Shown here: positions 35,363 through 43,093 of the stretch, piece by piece | Layout of the letters: every line of letters begins with the position of its first letter | Numbering within the stretch: the first letter of the stretch is position 1 | NCBI GenBank assembly: GCA_049617695.1 | Contig: JBMZJT010000004.1 | Location: 1 to 57,249, forward strand | Direction: 5' to 3' | Length of the DNA stretch: 57,249 bases | From: Thermoplasmatota archaeon | Lineage (GTDB): Archaea > Thermoplasmatota > E2 > JACPAO01 > JAHFTW01 | Program-made: the position numbers and the translations under genes | Notes under the pieces: generated by a model | Databases searched by the model: none | The model's input: the letters and a program-made list of their open reading frames with translations, nothing else | Told to the model about the DNA's origin: nothing

Positions 35363-35841
35363 TTGGCCAGCGTGACGCCGGTTTGGCCCTGGTAGTTGCC
35401 CGATTTTTCGGCGTACGCCGCTTGAGGCGGCGATTTCAGGTCTTCCATGACGATCTGGCAGAACCGGTCGCCGATGGGAATCTCGATGGCTTCGTGGCTG
35501 GCGTTGAAGCAGCCGACGGTGAGGTTGCCATGGAAGCCGGCGTCGACCTTGCCAAAGGAGGCCAAGACGCCGCGGCGGGCGTAGCTGCTGCGAATCCAGA
35601 GACTGCCCACGGCGTCGACGGGCATTTCGAGGAACGCTTCCGTGCCTAGGACGAACCGTTCGCCTGGCGGGATCGTGACGGTGCCTTGGGTGATGGGTTC
35701 GGCGTCGCGGCCCAGGACTTGGACGTGGCTGAGGCGCAAGTCGAGGCCGTTGGGCGTCAAATCGTCCGGTCGCCAGGGCGTCGCTTTGAAGTGGCCGCCT
35801 TCGACGGCTGCCAAGAAGTCCGTGTCGCTCCAGATGCTCAT
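35359..35841 (-). CDS. dcd: dCTP deaminase / dUTPase-superfamily protein
   Basis: NGLDLRL, SSYARRGV, VDAGFHGNLT and RFCQIV motifs. Confidence 0.82.
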   Translation of the reverse strand: MSIWSDTDFLAAVEGGHFKATPWRPDDLTPNGLDLRLSHVQVLGRDAEPITQGTVTIPPGERFVLGTEAFLEMPVDAVGSLWIRSSYARRGVLASFGKVDAGFHGNLTVGCFNASHEAIEIPIGDRFCQIVMEDLKSPPQAAYAEKSGNYQGQTGVTLAK

Positions 35842-35971
35842 GGCGTTGCATCCAGGGCGGTCACTTCAAATGGGGGGTCGAAGTCGCGCGCCCTGAACCG
35901 GCCCCTTGATGCACTTCGTGCGCCAAGGTCCGCGCTTCGCGCTGCCTTCTGGCTTGCTTCGCAACCCACAA

Positions 35972-36044
35972 GGCCCCATGGGGTAGTTTGGTATCCTCTG
36001 GCGTTTGGGACGCTATGACTCCAGTTCAAATCTGGATGGGGCCA
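35972..36044 (+). tRNA. tRNA-Pro (anticodon TGG), CCA not encoded
   Basis: Hand fold: acceptor GGCCCCA/TGGGGCC, anticodon stem TGGCG/CGCTA with loop TTTGGGA, T-arm TCCAG-TTCAAAT-CTGGA, discriminator A. Confidence 0.9.
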
Positions 36045-36167
36045 CTTGTCGACCACGGATGATGCGTGGTCGAGCGAAGCGAGCGCCACGCTCCGAATGC
36101 AAACGTGGGCGTTTGCGTTCACATCTGAATGGGGCCACTTGTCGATCACGCACCGTGCGTGGTCGAG
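36024..36167 (+). repeat. 51-nt direct repeat: tRNA-Pro 3' part plus downstream hairpin (36024..36074) copied at 36117..36167
   Basis: gttcaaatctggatggggccacttgtcgaccacggatgatgcgtggtcgag vs gttcacatctgaatggggccacttgtcgatcacgcaccgtgcgtggtcgag (44/51). Hairpins at 36050..36072, 36099..36116 and 36143..36165. Confidence 0.9.
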
Positions 36168-36169
36168 TG

Positions 36170-36874
36170 CTAGAGATCCGTGACCCGGCCCAAGGACCAG
36201 GCCGGACGCTCCAGTTTCTCACCGGCGCGCACGGCCACGTCAAGTGGCGGCTCCAAGGCCAGGGGGCAATTCCAGTCCGGGCTGCGCGCGCAGCTCGGGT
36301 GGTATGCGAAATTCAGATCGAGCCGGAGTTTGCCATTGCTGGCGCCGAGCCAGGCGCCTTTGGGGCCGTCCAGCACGTAGCGGCCGCCACCGTAGGTTTC
36401 GTGTCCATTGGTGGCGTCCTTGAAGGCGACGAAGAGGCCGCCGCCGTACTGAATCATCCACATGGCGTAGATTTGGCCAATGGGTGTGTCCAGTACGGCT
36501 GCGGGGAAGACCTCGCCCCAGGGACCTTTGTGGCCGGTGAGCACGACGGTATCGGTCGGCTCGTCACGGCCTTCGAGGGGGGCCTGGGCGTCGAAGGGGA
36601 CCTCGTAGGCGAACTTGGGGTCGTAGTCCCAGTATTGCAGGCCTTGCCAGTCGTCCCGTTGGTCCACGGGAACGGGGCTTGCGTCGTGGGTGCGCCACAG
36701 TTCGTCGCGACGTTCCCGCCAGATGCGGTGGGCGTCGCGTGGGTCGCCTTCGTCGAGGCGGGCGCGGACATCGTGGTAGATGCGCGCCACGTCATTGCGG
36801 TAGTCGCTGAGGGCCAGAAGCTCGTTCACGGTCAGGAGGTGAGCACGCGGGGTGCCTCTTGGCCCTGCCGGCAT
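36170..36874 (-). CDS. DUF1684 domain protein
   Basis: GHETYGGGRYVLDG...LDLNFAYHPSCARSPDWNCPLALEPPLDVAVRAGEK matches the DUF1684 C-terminal signature. Confidence 0.82.
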   Translation of the reverse strand: MPAGPRGTPRAHLLTVNELLALSDYRNDVARIYHDVRARLDEGDPRDAHRIWRERRDELWRTHDASPVPVDQRDDWQGLQYWDYDPKFAYEVPFDAQAPLEGRDEPTDTVVLTGHKGPWGEVFPAAVLDTPIGQIYAMWMIQYGGGLFVAFKDATNGHETYGGGRYVLDGPKGAWLGASNGKLRLDLNFAYHPSCARSPDWNCPLALEPPLDVAVRAGEKLERPAWSLGRVTDL

Positions 36875-37077
36875 CAGTGCGCCGCCGTGTACAGGTGTCG
36901 GCGCATGTCCCGCAGGTCGGGGTGGCGGCGCAGTGCGCCTTCGGCGACCAGCTCTTGCAGCACGGTGTACAATCCGCGGCGGGAGCAGGACAGGCGTTCC
37001 AGCAAGTCCATGTTGTTGAGGGGCCCGTTCGCCCGGATTTGTTCGTAGGCCTTCTTTGCGAGGGGGGTCCAGTTCAT
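36874..37077 (-). CDS. small winged-helix DNA-binding protein
   Basis: 67 aa, LNNMDLLERLSCSRRGLYTVLQELVAEGALRR. Stop shares one nt with the downstream ATG. Confidence 0.6.
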   Translation of the reverse strand: MNWTPLAKKAYEQIRANGPLNNMDLLERLSCSRRGLYTVLQELVAEGALRRHPDLRDMRRHLYTAAH

Positions 37078-37125
37078 GGTTTTCTCTCCTGTTTGTGGTG
37101 GGATGAAGGAAGAGGGTTGATCGTC

Positions 37126-37545
37126 TTAGTAGCGGGCGGTGAAGCCGGCGACGAGGGCCCAGAGGCCCAGGACGACGTGGACGAGGTTTTCGCCGAGTTC
37201 GAGGCCGATGATGCCGAACAGTTCGGTGGTCATGCCCATGGCGAGGCCAAGGACGCCAAGACCGAGGTAGACGAAACCGAAGACGATGGCGAAGATCTTG
37301 GAGACCTGGCCGGGGATGTTGCCAAAGCCGAAGACGAAGGCGGCGGCAGCCAGGACGACGTGCAGGATGTTGTGGGCCCAGTCGAACTCAAGGAAGCCGG
37401 AGATGCCGGCGACTTCGCCGGTGACGGCGTTGATGATGATGCCCAGAAGCGCGACGGCGGTGAGCGCGAAGGCGCTGACCCTCCAGTACGTTCGGGGGTT
37501 CAGCATGGGGTTGGTGGTGTTGGTGGGGGTCGCGTATTCGGACAT
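37126..37545 (-). CDS. DUF4383-like membrane protein
   Basis: FLEFDWAHNILHVVLAAAAF... with 4 TM helices. ATG 37545 preferred; the track GTG 37572 is the alternative. Confidence 0.72.
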   Translation of the reverse strand: MSEYATPTNTTNPMLNPRTYWRVSAFALTAVALLGIIINAVTGEVAGISGFLEFDWAHNILHVVLAAAAFVFGFGNIPGQVSKIFAIVFGFVYLGLGVLGLAMGMTTELFGIIGLELGENLVHVVLGLWALVAGFTARY

Positions 37546-37604
37546 GGTGGTTGTCACCAATTCCGTGTACACGCAGGTCGTTAATGAACGTTCTGTACGT
37601 GTTT

Positions 37605-38375
37605 TTACGAACGATTTGGTGCCAAGAGGAAGGCATCACCCTCAACGGACGACGTCAACACCACGTCGGCCAACCCTGTTGCCTGGGCTGCTCCTGTTGC
37701 AAAAGCCGCCAAAAGGACCCCCATGCGCGCAGCATCCACCTGCGAAACGGCTGGCCCAGGCAGGCACCTGAAGGCCATTCCCTCGAAATCTAGCTGGAGG
37801 TGCTGCGCCAATCGTTCTTCCTCAACGAAACGAGTCAACGCGTGTGCAAAGCCGGTCGCATCCGTGCTTGCCAAACGAGACGCGTAACGCGCCCCGAGGG
37901 CCCGCGCCTGCTGATCCATCACCGTGTGCGCCTCCAGGGGAGCCGCCGCCAACACCTGAAAGACCGTGGCCAGATTGATACCCCCCGTCGGCGCCGGCCG
38001 CGTCGGCAAGGACCGCATTTCCGGCATGCGCCCCGACTCCGAGGCCTTCATGGGACGACCCACGAGCCGGTAGATCTTGCGGCGGCTGTCGCTCGGATGC
38101 GGCAGTTCCTCCACCAGCTCCCGGCGCAGCAATTCCCGCACATGGATGCTCGACAGCGTCGATTTGGCCTTCCCCGTCAGCTCGACGAGGTCCGGCAACT
38201 GCAAATCGTTCTGTCCCAAGGCCTCCAAGATCTGGCGCTGGACGGGATTCGTGACCGCGGTCACACCGACCCGACTCTGGTAGATGTCGAATTGTCCTGC
38301 CCCGGAGGCCACGCCCCGAGGACCACCCAAGAGGCATAAACCGTTCGTGTACGGGTGAACAATGCGCAATGCCAT
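37605..38375 (-). CDS. winged-helix transcriptional regulator with C-terminal ligand-type domain
   Basis: NPVQRQILEALGQNDLQLPDLVELTGKAKSTLSSIHVRELLRRELVEE (ArsR/TrmB-like wHTH). The roughly 130-aa C-terminal domain is unassigned, possibly V4R-like. Confidence 0.7.
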   Translation of the reverse strand: MALRIVHPYTNGLCLLGGPRGVASGAGQFDIYQSRVGVTAVTNPVQRQILEALGQNDLQLPDLVELTGKAKSTLSSIHVRELLRRELVEELPHPSDSRRKIYRLVGRPMKASESGRMPEMRSLPTRPAPTGGINLATVFQVLAAAPLEAHTVMDQQARALGARYASRLASTDATGFAHALTRFVEEERLAQHLQLDFEGMAFRCLPGPAVSQVDAARMGVLLAAFATGAAQATGLADVVLTSSVEGDAFLLAPNRS

Positions 38376-38436
38376 GCACCGTGGAGGTTATGCGTGGCGC
38401 CTTGTCATCCCCGCCGTGGAGTACCGGGTGACCCGC

Positions 38437-38796
38437 ATGCTGGCGATTGCCGCCGAATTCCAGCCAAGCATCCTGGAAGAGGTCACAGGACATCTGGGCG
38501 ACGCGGCCATCAGTGTCAAGGCCATTGCCGCCGACGCCAGCGGCCTGCGCGTGTTCCCCGTAGACGTCGAACGCGCCAAGGAAGTCCTCACCGATGCCGG
38601 TTATTTCTGCCAAGTCGTCGAAGTGCTCCACATCAAGGTCGCCAACCAAGCCGGCACATTCCACGAGGCCATGAAGCGCCTGCGCATGGCCGAAGCCAAA
38701 ATCATCAGCAGTTTCGGAATGGGTATCGGCGACGAAGGCGCCATTTACGTCCGCGTGGACGACTTGGAGCGCGCCAAGGCCGCCTTGGACGACTGA
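38437..38796 (+). CDS. ACT-domain protein
   Basis: ATG 38437 avoids overlap with the divergent regulator. Two beta-alpha-beta-beta-alpha-beta-like halves ending YVRVDDLERAKAAL. Confidence 0.6.
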   Translation: MLAIAAEFQPSILEEVTGHLGDAAISVKAIAADASGLRVFPVDVERAKEVLTDAGYFCQVVEVLHIKVANQAGTFHEAMKRLRMAEAKIISSFGMGIGDEGAIYVRVDDLERAKAALDD

Positions 38797-38827
38797 ACCT
38801 TAGAAGTGCGCGGCACCTAGCCCGCCC

Positions 38828-39394
38828 GTGAGCGACGTCGACATCGCGGACGCAGCCGTCAAGAAAGCCACCGGCGCCGATTGGGCGACCTGGATGGAAC
38901 GCTTGCAACCCCATCACGACCTGGACCACACGGCGCGGGTCAAGGCGCTCGTGGCCCAGTGGCCCGACGTGGACCTCTGGTGGGCGCAAATGGTGACCGT
39001 GGAATACGAGCGGCGCCACGGCTTGCGCGTCGTCGGACAGACCTGCGCCGGCGATTTCCAAGTCAGTTGCTCCAAAACCATGCCTTGGGACGCTGCTGAA
39101 TGCCTGGAACGGATTGTCACGACGCCTTTCCTGCCCGGGGCCGATTGGACCGAGGGCGCCGTTTGGGAAGCGGATGGTGCCAAGGTCCAGGTGCGTCGCG
39201 TCGACGAGAAGGTCGTGCGCTGGTTCTGGTTCGACGATGACGGCAAGAGCACCGTCACTGTTGGCACGTGGCCAAGCAAGACCGGCGACAAGACCCAGAT
39301 CACCTTCCATCACAGCGAATTGGCCAGTCTGGAAGCTCGCGAGCACTACCGCGCCAAATGGAAGGCAGCTCTGGCGATGATTTGCAATGCATGA
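38828..39394 (+). CDS. DUF4287-like plus SRPBCC-like protein
   Basis: KKATGADWATWMERL...WWAQMVTVEYERRHG resembles DUF4287. The C-terminal half looks like an Aha1/SRPBCC fold. Confidence 0.65.
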   Translation: MSDVDIADAAVKKATGADWATWMERLQPHHDLDHTARVKALVAQWPDVDLWWAQMVTVEYERRHGLRVVGQTCAGDFQVSCSKTMPWDAAECLERIVTTPFLPGADWTEGAVWEADGAKVQVRRVDEKVVRWFWFDDDGKSTVTVGTWPSKTGDKTQITFHHSELASLEAREHYRAKWKAALAMICNA

Positions 39395-39749
39395 ACGCAT
39401 CCAATGGACGCCGGCCGAAGCCAAGCTCGTCGAAGCCGTCCGAAAGCGCTGCCTCGCCTTTCCCGAAGCCCATGAAGTGGAACAATTCGGCCATCCCTGG
39501 TTCAAGGCGGGCAAGCGACCGTTCTGCATCGCCGGCCGCGACGAGACCGTCACCTTGTCGTTCAGCACGCCCAAGACCGACCAGGACACCCTATGCAACA
39601 TGGGCCTGCGTCCGACACCCTACATGCACCAGCACGGATGGGTGACCTTGGATGTCGATGCGCCCGATTGGGGCCTCATCGACGATTTGCTTGACAGTGC
39701 CTACCGAAACGTGGCATTGAAGCGCATGTTGAACGCGCTGGACGGTTGA
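39387..39749 (+). CDS. MmcQ/YjbR-family protein
   Basis: 120 aa, CLAFPEAHEVEQFGHPWFKAGKRPFC...YMHQHGWVTLDV. Confidence 0.75.
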   Translation: MHERIQWTPAEAKLVEAVRKRCLAFPEAHEVEQFGHPWFKAGKRPFCIAGRDETVTLSFSTPKTDQDTLCNMGLRPTPYMHQHGWVTLDVDAPDWGLIDDLLDSAYRNVALKRMLNALDG

Positions 39750-39796
39750 GAATCGTCCCATGCCGTACCCCATTGGTTGATTTTCGTCCCAACCTC

Positions 39797-39805
39797 TTCA
39801 TATGG
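39797..39805 (+). promoter_or_regulatory. TATA-like box TTCATATGG
   Basis: Centred 27 nt upstream of ATG 39828, implying a leaderless transcript. Confidence 0.4.
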
Positions 39806-39827
39806 CCAGCACCGTCGTACAAGCGCC

Positions 39828-42080
39828 ATGAAGATGAAGCGCACCCTCGTGTCCTTCCTGCTCTTCGTGGTCTTGTTTGCTGGCCTTGCAGCGGCCGCCG
39901 GAATCGGCACGCAGACCACCTCTGATTTGCCCAGCGAATGGACATTGCCGGCGACGCAACCGGGCGACCGAGGCACCTACGTGGCATTCCAGATGGCGGG
40001 CGAGGAGGTCTACGGCCCCGTGCCGTACCTTCAATGGGAGCGCCTTCCGCGAGACACCTTGCATGACCGAGAAGGCATCAGCCGGGTGGTTGACGGCCTT
40101 CGATGGACGCAAGCCAGCTGGCACAGCGAAACAGCCAATACGTGGGAATACGGCATGGGCGCTGCGTCGGTGTCCTACCGTGACCCAGCGAACCAAGACG
40201 TCATCGCGATGGACCTCGAATTGCTCGACCTCACGATGGCCGACGCCGCAACGAGCCCCGACGGCCTCGGACTCATCCAGCAGCGAGCAGGCGGCGACGC
40301 ACAATTCCAGATCCGACAATTCCTGGACCCCGGCGACCCCCTGCGCGATGTACGCAGCTGCATGACAGATTCTGCAGCAGCCGGGACCACATTTTCGCTG
40401 GAGGAACCCGTGGTGATCTTTGATCGCTGCATCCTTCCAAATCTGCCGCTCAAGCAAGGAATCGCGCGCGTCGACGATGCGACGCCAGACGACATGGCCC
40501 ACCTGTTGTCGGCGCCGGTTCATCCCGTAGTGTCCCAGCGAACGTTTGCACCTCTTGGCCTGTCACCACAAGGTGAGCTTGTACTCGAACAAATCGAAGG
40601 AGCCCCAATTCGCGTGTGGTTGTCCCAGGAAATTCCCTACCCCGTGCGCTTGGCGATTCCTGGACCAAACGATGCATGGGACGTGTTTGACCTCACCGAG
40701 TTCCAGCCTGGCACGGCGGCAGATCGCACGGCAGTTCCTGGTGCCGACATTGATCTTGCCACACGCACGGGCATCGAGCCGTACGGCCTTCCCGATGCCG
40801 GCATGGACCATCCATTCCGCCCTTCGGAGGCCTACGCCATGGCGCGGGCCGACGATGAATCCGGACCCTGGCTCGAAACCAACCCCAATGCCCGTCTTGT
40901 GACGCTGTCCGGGCACCACATGCGTGCGACCGAGCGCGACGATCGGATTTCTTGGTGGTTCCAATTCGCCACCGCCGATGAGACCCTCACCGTGCACGTG
41001 GCGCGCGACATGAGCACGGCAGCACGCACCACGGCCCCGACCACATCCATCCTGCTGCCCGACGGCGAGGTCACCTTGGCCGCGACATCCCCCGGATCCC
41101 TCTTCCCAGGAGACCTCCTCGCCGCCCCGCTCACGGCAGCACCCCACGCAGTGGATTTGATGCGCATTTTCTACGACTACGCAGGCAACGCCAGAGGCAC
41201 CCAAGTGTGGAGCTTGATGTTGACGTGCATCGACGGGAACACGACCTGCGAACAAGCAGCATGGGCAGCCACGGCCGGGGTCGCAAAAACCTCCATTGAT
41301 CCTGCTGTGTACCAGGATCCCGCCATCGGGTTCGAAATCGAACTCTTGGACCACGGGATGCGGTTCTCCCCATACGACGGCCAACCCACGTCGCTGCATG
41401 AGGTTCATATCGCGGCCGCTTCGACCACCGGCGCAGGTACGCCGGACGCGCAGGCACCACCGACCGACGTCGAACCCGCCAGCACGGACGTTTCCTGGGA
41501 TGTCCCTAGCACGACGCGCCTCGTCCAGACGGGTGCAGCTGCGGCGCTGCTCGCCGTGTTGTATTTCCTTTGGCCCATGTTGAAATCGGTTGGATTTGGC
41601 CTGTTTTCACGGATTCACGGCGACGCAGCCTTGGACCATCCAGCCCGTGCCGATTTGCACGCGGCCATCGAGCAAGAACCGGGGATCCATTTCCAGGAAT
41701 TGGCCCGACGCACGCGCCTTGGCCACGGCGCCACGGACCACCATCTTCGCAAGCTGGTCGAAGCCCGCCGCGTGGTGCGCCACGAGGCCAACGGTTACGC
41801 CTGCTACTTCCCCATGGCAACGGATCGGCGCGTCATGGCCGCGGCGCCAGCGCTTCGCAGCAACACGGCCCGGCGGACGCTAGAAGCGATCATCGATCGG
41901 CCGGGCCTGAACGGGGGCGAGCTTGCCCAAGTTCTGGGTGCCAACCGAGGCACGGTCAACCATCACGTGAAGCGGTTGGTCGATGCAGGGGTCCTGACAG
42001 CCACACGCCATGGCCGAACCGTAGCGTATGAGGTCACGCAACTCGGCCTCCAAGTGGCCGGAGGGCGCGTCGCCGCCTAG
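39828..42080 (+). CDS. membrane-tethered regulator: signal peptide, ~560-aa extracytoplasmic region, TM helix, two winged-helix domains
   Basis: MKMKRTLVSFLLFVVLFAGLAAAAG. TM helix GAAAALLAVLYFLWPML. C-terminus LHAAIEQEPGIHFQELARRTRLGHGATDHHLRKLVEARRV...YFP...RRTLEAIIDRPGLNGGELAQVLGANRGTVNHHVKRLVDAGVL. Confidence 0.75.
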   Translation: MKMKRTLVSFLLFVVLFAGLAAAAGIGTQTTSDLPSEWTLPATQPGDRGTYVAFQMAGEEVYGPVPYLQWERLPRDTLHDREGISRVVDGLRWTQASWHSETANTWEYGMGAASVSYRDPANQDVIAMDLELLDLTMADAATSPDGLGLIQQRAGGDAQFQIRQFLDPGDPLRDVRSCMTDSAAAGTTFSLEEPVVIFDRCILPNLPLKQGIARVDDATPDDMAHLLSAPVHPVVSQRTFAPLGLSPQGELVLEQIEGAPIRVWLSQEIPYPVRLAIPGPNDAWDVFDLTEFQPGTAADRTAVPGADIDLATRTGIEPYGLPDAGMDHPFRPSEAYAMARADDESGPWLETNPNARLVTLSGHHMRATERDDRISWWFQFATADETLTVHVARDMSTAARTTAPTTSILLPDGEVTLAATSPGSLFPGDLLAAPLTAAPHAVDLMRIFYDYAGNARGTQVWSLMLTCIDGNTTCEQAAWAATAGVAKTSIDPAVYQDPAIGFEIELLDHGMRFSPYDGQPTSLHEVHIAAASTTGAGTPDAQAPPTDVEPASTDVSWDVPSTTRLVQTGAAAALLAVLYFLWPMLKSVGFGLFSRIHGDAALDHPARADLHAAIEQEPGIHFQELARRTRLGHGATDHHLRKLVEARRVVRHEANGYACYFPMATDRRVMAAAPALRSNTARRTLEAIIDRPGLNGGELAQVLGANRGTVNHHVKRLVDAGVLTATRHGRTVAYEVTQLGLQVAGGRVAA

Positions 42081-42937
42081 ATGTCCCAAACGGCTTCGAA
42101 CACTTCGTCCTGCAACGCCTCGTCTTGGGCATGCATGAAGACCTCTGCCGGGCCGGGCGCGCCGCGCCATTCACGGAAGCCACGGGGCCCCCAGTAGCTG
42201 CCGCCAGGAACATCCTGCGTGGCCGCGTACAACGTCGGAAGGGCACCACGGGCGGCTGATTGCAGGAATGGCACGTAGGCCAACATGGCGAGCTTGAACT
42301 TCAGCGGCATGTCGCGAGACAAGCGTGTGAGACTGACCCCCGGATGGGCAGCGATGCTGCGACGGCCATCGCCCAGGCGCCGGTCGAGGGCTTGGGCGAA
42401 CAGGAGGTTGCCCAGTTTACTTTGGCTGTAGGCCCACCAAGGCTGGTAGCGGTCCAGGCTGCGCCAACTCTCCGGCACGATGCGACCGCGCTGGTGGGCG
42501 ATGCTGCTGATGGTGACGACCCGATCCGTGATGCGGTCCAACAGGTGCTTGGTCAATTGCGCGTGCCCGACGACATTGACGCCCCATTGGGCTTCGTAAC
42601 CTTGCTTCGTCGTCCACGGCGGCGTCATCATGATGCCGGCGTTGTTGATCAGCACGTCCACCGATTCGGGGGCGGCTTCGGCAAACCGTGCCACGTCGTC
42701 CAGGTCGCCAAGGTCCAGCCGATGAAACTGGGCTTGGCCGCCGTGTTTTTGGATGCGCTTCACCGCAGCTTCGCCTCGCGCGGCGTCGCGGGCCGCGATG
42801 TGGACCTCGGCGCCTTTCTTGGCCAATTCCAGGGCCGTTGGATAGCCGATGCCACTGTTGCCACCGGTAATGACGACGGTGCGTCCGCTCTGGTCGGGGA
42901 TGTCCTTGGCGCTCCAGCTCACACGCGGCAGCGGCAT
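42077..42937 (-). CDS. short-chain dehydrogenase/reductase (SDR)
   Basis: VVITGGNSGIGYPTA (TGxxxGxG), NNAG and YSQSK (YxxxK). Confidence 0.9.
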   Translation of the reverse strand: MPLPRVSWSAKDIPDQSGRTVVITGGNSGIGYPTALELAKKGAEVHIAARDAARGEAAVKRIQKHGGQAQFHRLDLGDLDDVARFAEAAPESVDVLINNAGIMMTPPWTTKQGYEAQWGVNVVGHAQLTKHLLDRITDRVVTISSIAHQRGRIVPESWRSLDRYQPWWAYSQSKLGNLLFAQALDRRLGDGRRSIAAHPGVSLTRLSRDMPLKFKLAMLAYVPFLQSAARGALPTLYAATQDVPGGSYWGPRGFREWRGAPGPAEVFMHAQDEALQDEVFEAVWDI

Positions 42938-42966
42938 TCAGCCTACTTGATGATGCAGGAACCGGT

Positions 42967-43016
42967 CACTCGATGGCGAGAATGCGGAGGCACTCGGCGA
43001 GGATTGTGATCTCGCC
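42967..43016 (-). pseudogene. relic copy of the E1-beta C-terminus with its own stop
   Basis: Reverse complement reads GEITILAECLRILAIE-TGA versus the resident gene end DEIKILAECRRILSL-TAA. Same strand, 127 nt downstream. Many differences are synonymous. Confidence 0.75.
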
Positions 43017-43093
43017 AACTGTACTGTCCGAGGCTTCGCCTCGAACAGCACGCGCGACGAAACAACCTCCTTCGCTTGCCTAGGCCCTTCGCC

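Noticed and set aside
35868-35893. Possible third degenerate copy of the tRNA-Pro T-arm upstream of the tRNA (cacTTCAAATggggggTCGAag)
   Set aside because: Only a 7-mer plus short runs match, and gaps are needed. It is too weak to distinguish from chance.
35838-36149. 103-aa minus ORF with repeated VDKWPH peptide
   Set aside because: The peptide repeat is simply the translation of the duplicated tRNA-Pro 3' unit. The ORF overlaps the tRNA.
42950-43020. Possible C/D-box sRNA (TGATGA at about 42953)
   Set aside because: There is no CTGA D box at an appropriate distance on that strand. The region is better explained as the relic E1-beta tail.
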